64,000 nucleotides of DNA, taken from Raja brachyura. Lineage: Eukaryota. The first letter of the stretch is position 1, and every line of letters begins with the position of its first letter. The stretch is taken from the NCBI GenBank assembly GCA_963514005.1, contig OY740797.1:17298001-17362000 (forward strand), given 5' to 3'. The translations under genes and the position numbers were made by a program. The notes beneath the pieces were generated by a model. The model saw only the letters and a program-made list of their open reading frames with translations. It was not told the DNA's origin and did no database searches. Shown here piece after piece: positions 12,188 to 25,680 of this stretch.

Positions 12188-12607
12188 ATCTAGCTGCGAC
12201 TGAGGAAGGAAGGCTTTGTCCATTTTTGGCTCAGTAGATGTCTTGGAGTCACAGCTGCAGTATGAAGGTTGCAGTGAGAGATTGGATCATTCTAATGAAG
12301 ACTACTTGTAAGGTTGTGGTAGCTGAAATAATGTTGCAACTGTAAGTGATTTTAAAGTGAGCGTGCGTGAAGTGGTGGACGTAACGGGATTTACAAGTAC
12401 CTTTCCCTGATCAGACGCTGTATCTTGGTACATCCACACGTGTGTCCTCTTGAGGTTGCCGGATGCCTGTGAGGCTCCTGTGGCTATGGGTCTGGGCTGA
12501 GTAGTTCTCCATCCTCAACTTCCTCTTCCTCCAGGTGCACATTTTCACCCGAGTGCTTCTGCTGTCTGGCCTGTTGGTCCACCACAACAAGCAGTGCTTC
12601 AGCTCAT

Positions 12608-12739
12608 CTGAAGAAGGGTCTCGACCTGAAACGTCGCTCGTTCCTTCTCTCCAGAAATGCTGCCTGTCCTGCTGAGTTACCCCAGCATTTTGTGTCCACC
12701 TTCAATTTAAACCAGCATCTGCAGTTCTTTCCTACACGG
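12608..12739 (+). mobile_element. Penelope-derived short unit with intact minimal hammerhead core
   Basis: CTGAAGA-A-GGGTctcgACCT-GAAAC-GTC at 12608-12635; 12-bp direct repeat ttcagctcatct at 12598-12609 and 12740-12751. Confidence 0.85.
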
Positions 12740-13819
12740 TTCAGCTCATCTAATGGCCAAATTATCCTGTGCACTGCAGACCACACTAATATAAGTAACT
12801 CTGGCTGGTGAACGTTGCACTTTCTGCTGCCCTGCCGTGGTCTCTGCTAAGGTCCGTGGCTGTGACATTGTCCAGTTGGTATGCTTGGAGCTGTGAGCGG
12901 AGATAACTGAACAGGGGAGTGAGGGGTTGGGAGGGGGTATGGCTTTGTCCCTCAAAGTCCATCCTTAAGGGCAGTGCAGCCCCTGAAAAATGAGAAGCAG
13001 TTGTGATTATTTCTGAATGAATGAGCCGTAGGAGTTGCTGGAATTGACCATCAAAAATGGCGGTTTACAAAATTCCATGCATGTTGTGAGAATGTAGCCC
13101 TTCCTATCAATGATCGTTTGTGGGCTGTGAATGGAAACGCCAACAAGTGTGGTGTAGGCATGTCTGCACAATGGGGACTTCTCTGTCTTCTGGTTTTGGA
13201 CCAGAGGGTCAACTCAGCACTGCAGGCTAATGCTTCTGGAGCAGAGAGGGTTCTGGTTCTGTCTTCTCCTGGGGTTTCAAGGAAGGCAGAGAAAGAGAGG
13301 GAGAGATATGTAGGACTGCAGGGGAAGAGAGAGAGAGCAGCAGGAAAAAGGAAAGAGGAACAAGGGCGAAAAGAGGCAGAGTGCGTGTGTGCGTGTGAGA
13401 AAATAAGTGTGATTTGAGGAAAGAAGTTAGTAGAGAATGAATGGAGGGTTGGAGGGTGAGATCAGGAGTTGTAAATGTAACAGAGCAGTCTTGATTTGTG
13501 AGGATCTTCCTTGACCAATCCATTTTCCTACCAATGCTGATTTTGGCTGAGCTCCGCCATTATTAAGTGTAGGAATGTTCACAGATTCACCTCTCTTCAT
13601 TGGTTGCTTATTTGTCCACATTGGTTAATGACTGTTTGCAGTGGGATCACTTCAGTTCATAGCTTGTTGCTGTTGTAGTCTCAAAATACATTTAAATTCC
13701 TAGATTTTAGCTTCACCAGTTTAGCAACTCATTTTTCATCTGACCGATCCCATTCTTTAAAGGCTTTTGCTATCTCCACAATGAATCAACACGGTATCAG
13801 GGTTGCTGGTAAGGGTAAA

Positions 13820-13988
13820 CATAGAAACATTGAAAATAGGTGCAGGAGTAGGCCGTTCGACCCTTTGAACCATTCAATATGCTCCTGTCTGTTCATCTAA
13901 AATCAGAACCGCGTTCCTGTTTTTTCCCCATATCCCTTGACTCCGTTAGCCCTAAGAGCTAAATCCAACTCTCTTGAAAACATCAAGT
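13820..13988 (-). mobile_element. CR1-type LINE 3' end
   Basis: catagaaacattgaaaataggtgcaggagtaggcc; same family as the copy at 11949. Confidence 0.85.
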
Positions 13989-15024
13989 AGGTTGGTTGAG
14001 GGATATGCTATACCACGTGGGTATTTTTTGGTAAATCACACAAAGGTAAGATTATGATTTATTGGATCAACATTGTTAGTCTGTAGCTCTCGGGAAGGCT
14101 GCTAGTTGGAGACCGTTCTTTATGTTTGAATAAGTACTCTTCATTAGGCTGAATGCTGGGAGACAGGTTCCGTACAATGGGACATATTAATCTAAGGTCA
14201 GGAATATTTATTGTTCCTTCATTAAGTTTTCTAATCGCAGATCAAAATTGGTAAAAAGAAGTAAAGAATGCAATCTTCCAATCCTTCCACTGTCTGAGAA
14301 TGTGTCTGTAATATATCTTCTCCTGAGGTAACCTCTCAGGGTTGAGCATAATGTGCTTTCACTCCAGTTTTGAGGAATAGATGATGCCTGTGTGTGAGTT
14401 ATTTTAGAGTGTGTTTGCTGCACGCCCACTATCACAACGTCTTGGTCCAATAGCAAGGAGGTCCAAGACACTTGGAGACCAGAACCTGCTACTCAGACAT
14501 GGGGCACATATGTGGGTGGACACGCACACTCACGTTGTAAGCAGGCACAGACTCTAACCACAACCGCACTCCAACCCAATCTTCAAGGCCACACATGCTC
14601 ATCACCATCCCCCCACTCCCCAGTCCCAGCAGACCCTGTTCTGGTCCAAGCACCTCAACCTCTTCCGGCCCAGCCCGAGTATTTCCAGCCACATATTTAA
14701 TGTCGCCCAATGTTGGCAGATCCCTGCCAGTTGGTAAATCACGTGATGTGGTTTTCTTGGCCAAATGAAGGGAATTCCCTGACAGAATAGAATCACCTTA
14801 CTCAGCATTCACAATAACCACGACCCATAGCTCCCCTGTGTCCCACTGGCCTTAAACCAGAGAACCACTATCTCGCACTGACCCATAACCCATGAGGCCT
14901 CTGTTATCCATTGACCTATAACCCAATGGTCCTCTCACTCATTACTACCCCTAAACCCACAGGGCCTTTGTTTCTCCCTCTGTCCCTGAACCCTTGTGGC
15001 CTCCGTGTCCCCTGTCACCAAGGA

Positions 15025-15198
15025 TTATAAGACATAGGAGCAGAGTTAGGCCATGTGGCCCATCAAGTTTATTCCACCATTTGATCATGACTGATCTATT
15101 TTTGCCTGTCAAACCTATTCTCCTGCCTTCTCCCCGTAACCTCTGATGGACTTACTAATCAAGACTTAACGATCTCCACTTTAAATATACCCAATCTT
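15025..15198 (-). mobile_element. CR1-type LINE 3' end
   Basis: ataggagcagagttaggccatgtggcccatc...cctattctcctgccttctccccgtaacc. Confidence 0.75.
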
Positions 15199-17017
15199 GG
15201 GTACTTACAAATACCCATTAAACTCATGGGGCCTTTATCGCCCGACTACCCGTAAACTACCAGAGACCCAGAGACTACCCTAACCTCTCTGGACCTCATC
15301 CTTTATCCCAGTGGTCCAAACTACCTTGCTGTCACTGAATTACGGTAGTGGTCTAATAAAAGGATGCATGATATCCGATTTATGGACTTCACATCATCCA
15401 CTGGAGCATCAACCTAGAACATGCTTGTAAGTCTCCAAAACGCACGTCCACCAGCTGTCGGTTGCAAACTCAGCCTGGCACCTTGATTTCCTCATGTACG
15501 CCAAGCGAAAACAACAAAGAAATTGATTCCCTCCCAACCAACACTTCACTGTCAAGATAGCGGCAGGGTGTTTATTCACTGCATCTTATGACCTCCAGCC
15601 GTTTGTGACGTTAACACTTCATTCTTTCTTTGCAAGTGATGTAGATAAATCAATGACTGACTTAATCTCATTGTACTAGTGATTTTGTGGAACTTATTTT
15701 CCTCCCAATGTAATTTTACTGAGGTAGGACTTTGGCTGGTCATAAAAAGCAATGTCCATTTCCTAGCTTTGGTAAATGAACCCACCACAAGTACACTCGC
15801 TTATTCTTTGTCAACATCATAGCAGGTGTCCCTGTGGCTGAAGGTCTTTAAGATTGTACAGCAGACAATAAACACTCTGCATATTTAGGAATTCTAAAGC
15901 CATTAAATAAATGGTTGCCACATTGGTAAACATTCCAAAGGCCATAGCACCTCTCTATTCCCTTCTGATACTGCAAGATCAGAACAAAACCTACTATTTA
16001 TATTCTGCCTTTAATGTAATAAAGTGCCCAGTGCACTTCCCAGGAGCATTTCGGACTCGTTTGCAGGAATGTTCTGAGATATAGAATTTTATAATGCATT
16101 AACTGAGTAATGCATTATAGTCTATGCAAGGTAGTCTGGGAACCTGTTACATTTTTTTATGGATAGCTTAACTTGCAATTCTGTAGCCCCACTTTGTTGC
16201 AATGAAAGCCAGGATTTTCCCTGGTCAGCTGCCAGTTCCAGTTTTGAGTCGCTTTATTTCAAACTGAGTGGATTAGGTGTTATGGGTTCAAAGGATGGCT
16301 CCGTCTTGTAGAATTAGGACCTATTTGATTAAGTGTAGCAGCGTGGAGCTTATATGCGCACATTCAGGATATAACAGCAATGTGGATTTAACTGCTTAAT
16401 TCTCATTTGCGCTGCTTTTTAACATGTGGTAGAATCAATGTTTTTTGCTCTGTGTAGTAACAACATTGGATTCTCTCCAACAATGTTCTGGACTTGCTTT
16501 TCTGTGAAGGAAGAAATTTAGACTCTTGAATCGGGTCTCTTTCAAAAGCTCCCACTCTTCAAATGCTTTGTCCCTGTTTCCAAAATCTCTGAGTGTCACT
16601 AGTTAATTGCCTTCAATTTGAAGAATTCTGACTTTGGGAGTTGTTCTGTCACCTACCCAAGCTAGAACTTTCAGGAATTCCCTCTAAGAACTGGTCACTA
16701 TCCTCTCACCTCCCTTGAGATAGATATCTTTTGAAACCTAGATCGTTGACCAAGGTTTTGAGGCAGTATCTCTTTTTGTAGCCAGCTATTGATAGTGTGA
16801 CTGTTACAGTAAGTAGCTAAAGATCCCAGATAAGTGCTTGTAGTTGGCTTTCCAGAAAGATGGCTTGAGGTTGTGTAGAATTGTTCAATGGAAGCTTGTA
16901 GGTTTGGAGGAAGAGAATGTTACCTGTGATCTGGCATTCGTACTGATCCAGTGGAGACCTAAGATCGTGTCACCATTCTGAATAGCAAAGGAGGCAGCTC
17001 TACAATTGCAATATTAT

Positions 17018-17300
17018 GACGATGGTGCAGCTGTATAGTTACTGCATTAGAGCGCCAGAGACCCGGGTTCGATCCTGACTACGTGTGCCATCTGTATGGA
17101 GTTTGTACGTTCTCCCTCTGACTGCATGTGTTTTCTCCGGGTGCACAGGTTTCCTCCCACATCCCAAAGACGTCCAAGTCTGTACGTTAATTGGCTTTGG
17201 TAATAATTGTAAAATAGGACAGTATTGGCGTACGGGGTAATCAATGGTCGGCACGGACTCAGTGGGCCGAAGGGCCTGTTTCCGGGCTGTACATCTAGAT
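17018..17300 (+). mobile_element. HE1-type V-SINE
   Basis: B-box gggttcgatcc, V-domain, gtgggccgaagggcctgtttcc 3' end. Confidence 0.88.
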
Positions 17301-17742
17301 TATAATAATTGATAGAGATAGCTTTTTTTAAAGGATGGCTGATGCAATTTCCTCCTTCAGAAGTGGGATTTGATATTGTAAAATGACCATTTCTAATTTA
17401 GAGGAGTATTCAATTCTCTGCATGTTTGGATCCCAGTCAGCCAGTCTGAACAGAGAGTTCCCAGAAGGAATCTATGAGTTTATGAGGTGAATATGAGTCC
17501 AGCAGTGAGCCCCTCACCACCCTGGCCTCCATGGTCCCTGTCCACACTGAGCTAGTGCCTTCCAACTGTAGTTGTGAACAATCCTCAGAGATCAGTCCTC
17601 TAAACTTTGAGTTTGGGAGGAGGGATATCACAGTTGGGGCTGTCATTTGGAGGGACTGTGCCATCATTCTGCTGAATGTGTACAGGTTTAGATAGCTGCA
17701 AAGGATGAGATTGGGTTTGTCAGTGAATTCCCCCACTGTCAA

Positions 17743-17990
17743 CTCTGTTGCTTATGATCGGGACTTTGCACATTCTCCCTCTGGCCGTGTGGGTTTTCTC
17801 TGGGTGCTCTGGTCTCCTCCACATTCCAAAGATGTGCAGGTTTTCAGGTTAATTGGCTTCTGTAAATTGCCCCTAACATGTAGGATAGAACTAGTGCACG
17901 GATGATAATTGGTCGGCACAGACTCGGTGGGCCTAAGGGCCTGTTTCCATGCTGTATCTCTAAACTAAACTAAACTAAACTAAACTAAAA
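17743..17990 (+). mobile_element. HE1-type V-SINE, 5' decayed, with (CTAAA)n tail
   Basis: V-domain plus about six CTAAA units at 17960-17990. Confidence 0.85.
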
Positions 17991-18464
17991 ATGAAGTGTG
18001 TAGGAAGGAACTGCAGATGCTGGTTAAAATGAAAAATGACTTTCTCATTAATATTGTCACTTGATTCATGGAAAGACAGGTCTCCCTATAATTGCAGCAC
18101 AGAGTACCTGAGGCAGAAGGTTCCTGATTTGTCAGTCACATGAGAAATAATTTTACAGCTAATAAAGGTTAATGGGTAGAATAATGACTTTCAAAGCCTG
18201 TTTAGATATTCCCTTTCTATATTTTCAAAAACACTGTCAGCATCGCCTTATGAGGTACAATGGAAACTCTCTCCAGCAGTTATCCGTGAAAGACAGACAT
18301 ACCGGAAAAAGATCGACACCAAAGAAGAACGACTTTGGCCTAGCCGCTGGTAAAGGATTGTGACTTAAGAGTTCCAAACCTTTTGTATACTCTTGTCATC
18401 TTCTTGAGCTGGGCAAAATGTTAGACCAAGGTTTGCATATATTTATTGAGATAAACTCCTCAAT

Positions 18465-18622
18465 AAGTTTAAAGGGTGTGTGGGAACCAGGGCCCCAGTG
18501 AGTTGCAAGGAAGCATAAGTACCGGAATTCCAATTAGTTTCAAGGGAACACTGGAAATGGGGCACCAGTAAGTTTAAAGAGTGTGGGGACCAAGGCACCA
18601 GTGAGTTTTAAGGGAGAGCAGG
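18465..18622. repeat. Degenerate tandem repeat (~37-nt unit)
   Basis: Recurring ...ccagtgagttt(t)aagggag... units. Confidence 0.5.
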
Positions 18623-19850
18623 AAATATTATCTACTAAGAAAGATGGCAATTCATTGGCTTTCAGAATAATAGTATAGTGAATTATCCACATTTTTACAA
18701 ATTCTTTCAGATTATGGAAATCAGGATGTTTTACAGCTTACTCATGTTCAGTATGAAGGCTGCAGATTGTTCTGCTATATGGCCAATGGGAAATAAAGCA
18801 AGTGGTTTCAACTGTCTGATGCTGGTGGACCTCATTAACCTACTTCTCTTTAGTTTTCTCAAGTTTGCCTACGACAGACTTCCAGCCTTCCTGCTTTTGC
18901 TTCCCCTTTCTGCGCACCATAAAATAGAAACATACTTGCTGTGGAAATGATTGATCCAGGTTGGCTGCCAGTATAGGGCAGATTGGGTGAAAGCAGTGAT
19001 GGTTGCCACTGCCTTTAAGGTGCCAAGACATGGGGTTGAGTTTGACTCCAGCTGATACTGACCACAGAGTAAGTTAAAGTGAGGCATGAGTTTGGCCTTA
19101 ACCTCCTCTTCTAGACAGCAGATGACAGCTGATTCCTGGATTAAAATTATGATTAGGCTCTGACGGTCTATTCAGGTTCCCAGTGAGAGTTCAAAAGGCA
19201 ATCTGGATTTCCCTGCCTAAGCCAATGCAGCAGCACAAGGCATTGGGGGCCTGGAGAGGGACAAGACTGCATGGATTGTTTCTAGTACTTGTGTGACCCA
19301 CTTGATCCAGTACCTGGAGCCTATCAGTTGAAGACCTCCTGGTCCTAATTGATAGCAGAGCTCCTCGGGGTTTGCTGAGAGATGGCCAATGCTTCTCATC
19401 AAATGAGCTTCTCTGCAGAGGTCCTTGTTGGAAGTTAAATTTAGCGTGGCAAAGTGGCACTAGAGGCTATCAGACAGTTGCCTGTGGACACTGAATTGGA
19501 GAATGTATCATCAAAATTAATGAGCCCCAGGAGAGATTATTAATGAGAAAAAATTGAGATTTTCTTCAAACTTTTATGGAAACTGCTTGGCTAAGGCTGT
19601 CGATTATCTTTGTTCGCACCTTCAAACCAAGATCTAAAATGTGCTTGTAAATGCTTGACAAGGTGAACTGTAGGTGAAAAGAATGGTGCTTGCTGAGGAT
19701 ATTGTGGAATGTTCCTTCTATTTGTGGCTTACAGTATATTTCACTTGAGGTGCAGCAGTGAGGAATGCATGCCCGAGTGGGTTGTAGGTGGAGGTGGATG
19801 GGCAAAGATGTCATAAGTAACAGAAGTAAGATCTAGACAACCATTCATTT

Positions 19851-19960
19851 GATAGACACAAAGTGCTGGAGGAACCCAGCGGGTCAGGCAGCATCTGACT
19901 GAGTTACTCCAGCACTTTGTGTCTTATCTTTGGTGTAAACCAGCATTTACAGTTCCTTGC
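19851..19960. mobile_element. Collapsed inverted dimer of the Penelope short unit
   Basis: gacacaaagtgctggag...ctccagcactttgtgtc inverted arms; centre including the hammerhead core is absent. Confidence 0.75.
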
Positions 19961-20082
19961 TTTTTATGTGATAGCCTAGCTACTCTGTCCCGCAGGTTCG
20001 TCTAGGCTTGCTTTGCCTTCATTACCGCCCACTACTCTTTTCCAACCAGGATTATTTTACCTCGGTTGGGAAGCCTTGATTC

Positions 20083-20925
20083 TAGAAACATAGAAAATAG
20101 GTGCAGGAGTAGGCCATTTGGCCCTTCGAACCAGCACCGCCATTCAGTATGAGCATATCTGAAAATACACAAACTGTGATGAGAGGAGGGCACCCGCATT
20201 TTACTGCCCTTGGCGAAACTGAAGTTGGCTCCTCTGTTGGTAAACTGCTAGGAATCTTGATATAGCACTCTTGATGAGATGAAGATAATGGTTCTGAGAA
20301 GAACAGAAGAACACATGAACAGATTTCCAGCAGCTGCAGGAGCAGTCGGCCAGGCACCTCAAGCCTACCCTTTAAAATGGTCATGTTTGATCAATGCTGG
20401 CCTTAGCAACTCTCATGTGCCAGTTCCCCATAACCCTTGATCTTTCAAATATCTATCTGTCTTCACCATAAATACATCTAATGACCTGGCCTCCACCACT
20501 CTCAGGGGCAGAAAGTTTCAAGAATCTCTGAGAGAAGACATTTTTATACACATCATTTTTAGATAATCAAGCCCTTATTTAACAGCAATGTCCCCTTGAT
20601 TGTTTCCTCGCCCACTTTTGAAAACATCTCCACATCTAAAGAAGGGTCTCGACCCGAAACGTCACCCATTCCTTCTCTCCAGAGATGCCGCCTATCCCGC
20701 TGAGTTATTCCAGCTATTTTGTGTCTATCTTTGGTTTAAACCAGCATCTGCAGTTCCATCTTCCACATCTACCATGCCAGGCTCCTTATTTATTTGAATG
20801 AGGTTGGTTTGAACTCCAGGGAGTGTCGACCTAAACTGTCTCTTGCCAGGTAAACCCTCTCATCCCAGGAACTAGCCTTGTGCAACTCCTTTATACTGCC
20901 TTCAACACTACTATCCTTGCATCAG
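20083..20925 (-). mobile_element. CR1-type LINE 3' fragments hosting a Penelope short unit
   Basis: tagaaacatagaaaataggtgcaggagtaggcc tail at 20083; older CR1 3' text at 20400-20925. Confidence 0.65.
20636..20765 (+). mobile_element. Penelope-derived short unit (hammerhead-like core)
   Basis: ctaaaga-a-gggtctcgaccc-gaaac-gtc; direct repeat tccacatcta at 20629-20638 and 20762-20771. Confidence 0.85.
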
Positions 20926-22474
20926 TAACTTCTGGTTCTCTCTCCACGGATGTTGCCTGATCTGCTGAGTGTTTCCGTTTTTGATTCAGATTTCCAGCAG
21001 CTGCAGTTTAATATTTGATTTTTAAATAGTTCCTCCATTTCTGGAGCAATCTCTGCAGAACATAACTGAGAAATGTGAAATTATTTTTCAGCTGCTGAGC
21101 AAAATCAAAATGTCCAGTAGACTTCTTGAATGATATCACAGTTGAGCCTCTTCGATAAATTTTCAGGAGTTTCTTGAAAGGCCATTGGCGATATTCATAA
21201 TGCTGTACTCTCATCTCTGACGCTGAGATCATTTCCATTGTCCAAGCTTACAGCTTTACTGCCAGTTCCTGCCTACAATGACCATGGACAACATCTAGTA
21301 GGTAAAAACCTGCAGCTAAAACGACTAGCCATGTTGGTACTGAATAAATTGATGGACTGGTATGAGAAAGAGAACAATTGTTCTCAGCTAAATGCTTGCC
21401 CATTGGGATGAAACAACATGCGACCATAGGACTTCTAGCAAGAGGTCTAATTACTTGGATTACTCTTTTGATCAAACATAATAGAAAATTCCAATCAAGA
21501 AGACCCTGGAAGGACCATAATTTGTTTTTGGTGGCAAATATCTGCCTTTTCTCAGAGGGAAAGGCTTTCTGTAAAATCATTAAATTGTGCAGAAAGAATA
21601 GTAGCTTTTTCCTAGACAACAACATCTAATTAGGAATGCAGCACAGATACTATAGCCTTATTCTGGACTGTACTGTCGAAGTCAGCCCAGATTTTGTGCC
21701 CCATGTTCTAGAGTCTTGAACCGATGACCTGAGTATTTATACAATCATATTATTAACATAATTTCTAGGTTATGGTGTACAAATTGAAAGCCTATGTTTG
21801 GCTGTGCAGTGTGATTAGTCATCAAGGGATTGAATATTAATCATGAAAGGTCTTTGAGAATAATGTCTGACACATATCTTGGATCATTCATCCTCTTAAT
21901 AATAGGCCCTTACAGCATGACAACCTTTCGCATTTGTTCAAGATATGAAAATCCCAAATCGGTGGTCTCCTTTCAGCTCAAGGCTCGAAATAAATCAGCT
22001 GTGATATTATTGCCAATACTACTGGAGTGACTCAGTGCAATCAAATCAGTTTATATTAACAACAACACTGCGAGGGGAAGGGACAGAAAATGAATATTTA
22101 TTTAATTGCCTGCGGCCATAGTGGTTTGTTCCCTAATGTTTGTGTTGTATAGTCGGAAATAAAGTATTCAGATTCCTTTCCCCTCCACATGCTTCATACA
22201 CGACCAACTCGGTCTTTATTGCTTGGACTGAAATGAGATTTGGTTTAATCAAGCAGAGCTGTTGACAAGCTCAAAGTATATTCTCTGCCCCTGGAGACAC
22301 CGGTCGTAATGCAGGCAGGAGCACGGTGTGGAAATATACAGCAGCACTGGTGGTGTTAAAGTAGGCCCAGTAATCCAGCACCCCACCCCCACCCTGTTCT
22401 GCTCCTCAAAAACAACATGGCTGCATATCAATGTCACCAGCACACCTTGAGTTTATTGATAATTAAAGGTTTTT

Positions 22475-22775
22475 GGTTTAGTTTAGAGACACAGCATGGA
22501 AACACGCCCTTCTCCCTACTGAGTCAACGCCAACCATTGGCCACCCATTAACACTAGTTCCGTGCTATACCACTTTCTCATCCACTCCCTACACATTAGG
22601 AGATTTTATTTTAATTTACAGAGGCCAATTAACCTAAAAACTCACACGTGTTGTGGGATGTGAGTGGATACCTGGAGAAAACCAACATGGTCACAGGGAG
22701 AACATACAAACACAGACAGACGTCAGGATGAAGCTATGAGGTAGCAGCTTTACCAGCTGCGCCACTGCGCTGCCC
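22475..22775 (-). mobile_element. HE1-type V-SINE
   Basis: tttagtttagagacacagcatggaaac ... gcgccactgcgctgccc (antisense head). Confidence 0.85.
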
Positions 22776-23299
22776 TAATTAACGGGAGCCAGTAAAGTTC
22801 TTAGGTTCACATTCAGACTAGATGTAACATGAGTCAGATTAGCTTTGAATATATACGTGTAGGACTAGGGTGTGCGGGTTGCGGTGAGACACAAGTCCAC
22901 ATTAGATGGGTTAGTGAGGCAACAGTTGTTCAGATGGTGGGATCTGACGAGTTAGTTAGGCTCATATTAGGCCTGGGAGTGTACATATTGGGGACCTGAT
23001 GTGCTGGTGGCACTCTGTACCTTTTTAGATCGGTGTGTTGAAGGTGCGATGGTTTGGTGTGGGCTGATAACCACAGCTGGTGCACACCTTGTCAAAACAA
23101 CCTTATTTTGCAAACCTAAAGGCCCCCTGGGTTATAGTACCATGAGAGTAACCAGTCCACAGAGACACCCCACAAACCTTGCTTCATTTGTTTCACAAAG
23201 AACAACATGCATGTAATGATGGTGATGGAAAGAGCGATGCTTGTCCTTCCTCAAGAGTACACAGAGTTCAGCACAAAGCGATCTTTCAGTGATCCACTG

Positions 23300-23515
23300 T
23301 GGAAACAAGGAACTGCAGATTTGCTGGTTTACAAAAAAAAAACATAGTGCTGGAGCAACTCAGCGGTTCAGACAGCATCTCTGGAGAACATGGATAGGTA
23401 ACATTTCAGGTCACGATCTGAAGTCTGAGGAGTGGTCCCAACCCAAAACGTCACCAGAGGTGCTGCCTGTTCTCCAGACTTTCTGCCTGACCCGCTGAAT
23501 TATTCCAGCATTTTC
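23300..23515. mobile_element. Inverted dimer of the Penelope short unit (diverged)
   Basis: Antisense arm ggaactgcagat...ggtaacatttcagg, then sense arm gtctgagga...aaacgtcacc...ctgacccgctga. Confidence 0.75.
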
Positions 23516-23774
23516 AGATCTACCACTTGCAATCCACCAATTATCCCGAGTTCAATGATTCCCTGTAGACAATTCTTTAGGCACAATGGCTGACGTTGGG
23601 ATTCTGCCATTAACACACTTGAAAATGGCTTGCGTTTTCAGTGCAAGGAATAATGCCAACTTGGGGATGAATGTGAGAAGAGAGATCATTTGTTTTATTT
23701 GTAGAACAGGAAAAAACTCCCACATTCGGACAATGCTACCTATATTGAATTCAAGAGATCAAGAGATCACCAAA

Positions 23775-24000
23775 TACATAACAGCCAATTAAGTGATTAT
23801 CATGGATGTAATGCAGGAAACATGGTGTGCCGAGCAAGATCCCACTATGACCAGACAATCATCGCTAAAATGTAGATTGAATGGTTGCTGTTAGCATTGG
23901 TGAAAAGCTGTGCTCTTTCAAAGAGTGCATTGGGATCTGTTGTGATTTCCCAAGAGAGCAGATGGGGCTATCGAAAGGATGTATGGAATGGGAGGGCGTG
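23775..24000 (-). mobile_element. Deu-domain SINE relic (SacSINE1/AmnSINE1-like)
   Basis: tgtaatgcaggaaac...agcaagatcccac...gctctttcaaagagtgcattgggatc...gagagcagatgggg matches the antisense Deu domain as recalled. Confidence 0.55.
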
Positions 24001-25079
24001 TATTTTGAAAAAAACTGTCTCCTGCCTTCTGCAATTCCCAAGAGTGGGAATATTTTCTTTCAGTCCTACCCACGAGTCCTGCTAAAAACACAATAATAAC
24101 ATGAGGGATAAAATCAGCTGTGGCCATTCAGCCCCCTTTTGGCATCTCAGTATGATTGCAGCATTTATTTCATCGCCACTTTCTTGCTCTGAGCCCATAC
24201 CTTTTGATTCCTTTGATCATTGGAAAATTTACAGATCTCTCCCTTGGATATATTCTTAGCCTTCACAGCCTCCGGGGATGGAAAATTCCAAAGATTCCTC
24301 CTCCCCGGGTGAATGCATTTCTCCACCATTATCCCACGGCATCCATCTTGCCTGCGCTGAGAGATTTTGACAGACAGCTGATGGGTGAGGAACCTCATGA
24401 ATGCATCATGACGCTGCTTGTGCACAACAGCGTAAGAATAAGAAATGCTCTGGAAGTCAGATGTAGACCCAGCTGATCTCTCTAGCCACCTCCAGACCCT
24501 CATCACAGATGCTGCCTAACCGGAGTGTTTCCAGCAGTTTCAGTCTTTCCTACTCTTCTGAAATGCTTTTTTGTCTTTTAGGTTATAGGTTGTGATATGT
24601 TAAGAATTTTTTTGGATAAATTCTTCTCTCTCTCTTTGGGTTCATTTCCACCTTCTTCATTGCTCTATTCCTCAATATATATTCCCTGTGGCTTCCACTC
24701 TTTCACGCCCATTCTTTGCAAAACCCTTGGCCATGTTAACACACATCTGTGAACCCAATCTTCTATGTTAGAACCTAACCAGTCACTCTTACCACAGCAA
24801 TAAATTGGCAGCAGAGTCACCAACAATATCCCCTGGCTGTGACCATGGTTCCCCATCCTTCCTCAATCGTCCTGCCATCTTTGCAGTTTTGGGTGTGGTT
24901 CAGATTTGTCCCTCGTTGGACACCTCAAGTCAAGAGTCAAGAGAGTTTATTGTCATGTGTCCCAGATAGGACAATGAAATTCTTGCTTTGCTTCAGCACA
25001 ACAGAATATAGAAGGCACCTGATAGACCTCCCCAAAAGATAGAAGGCATCTTATGGCCCTCCCCAGGTTCCAGCCATAG

Positions 25080-25680
25080 CCACGGAATCTCCTGCAAAGG
25101 CACTTCTTCCCATCAATCAGCATCACTGTCAGAATCCTCCCCCGAACACCATTCCTTGGAGACCATCTTCCATATCATCCATTTGTTCTCCTTCAGTATT
25201 ATAATTCAAAGGCATCAGGCAGGGCACATTATCAACAGGCTTCAGTTCTTTCTCCCTATCCTCATCTCCTCCTCTCACTACTTTTGTGCTCTCTGGTTGC
25301 CTGTCTGATACATAACACCAGGTTGAAACCAGTGACAATTGCAACATGCCCTTTGATACATGGCTTGTTCATGCGCAACCCTGAATGAGTTGCATTTTAC
25401 TCTGGTTAAATGTTTTGAAGGTCAAAGCCAGGTCTGATGCCACAAGTTTGGTGCCATTCCATGCCAGGCCAGTTTTATGATGGGGTAGGTTGGTTGTGAT
25501 CCCAGTGTCCTCTCCAACCCCAAGATTATCATCTCCCCAATAGGAGTACCTACTTCCAGCTGTTCCTTTTATGCCACACCACAATCAAAGTTGGAAAAGT
25601 TTGTGCTTATTTTACCACCGGTTGTCCGAGCTGCTCCCTCATCTTCAACATTTACTAAAGCACGTGGTGATCCAAAATGC
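25080..25680 (+). mobile_element. Decayed L2-like LINE fragment
   Basis: Degenerate RT-like text (ggagaccatcttccatatcat..., atggcttgttc..., tgatcccag); no intact frame. Confidence 0.35.
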
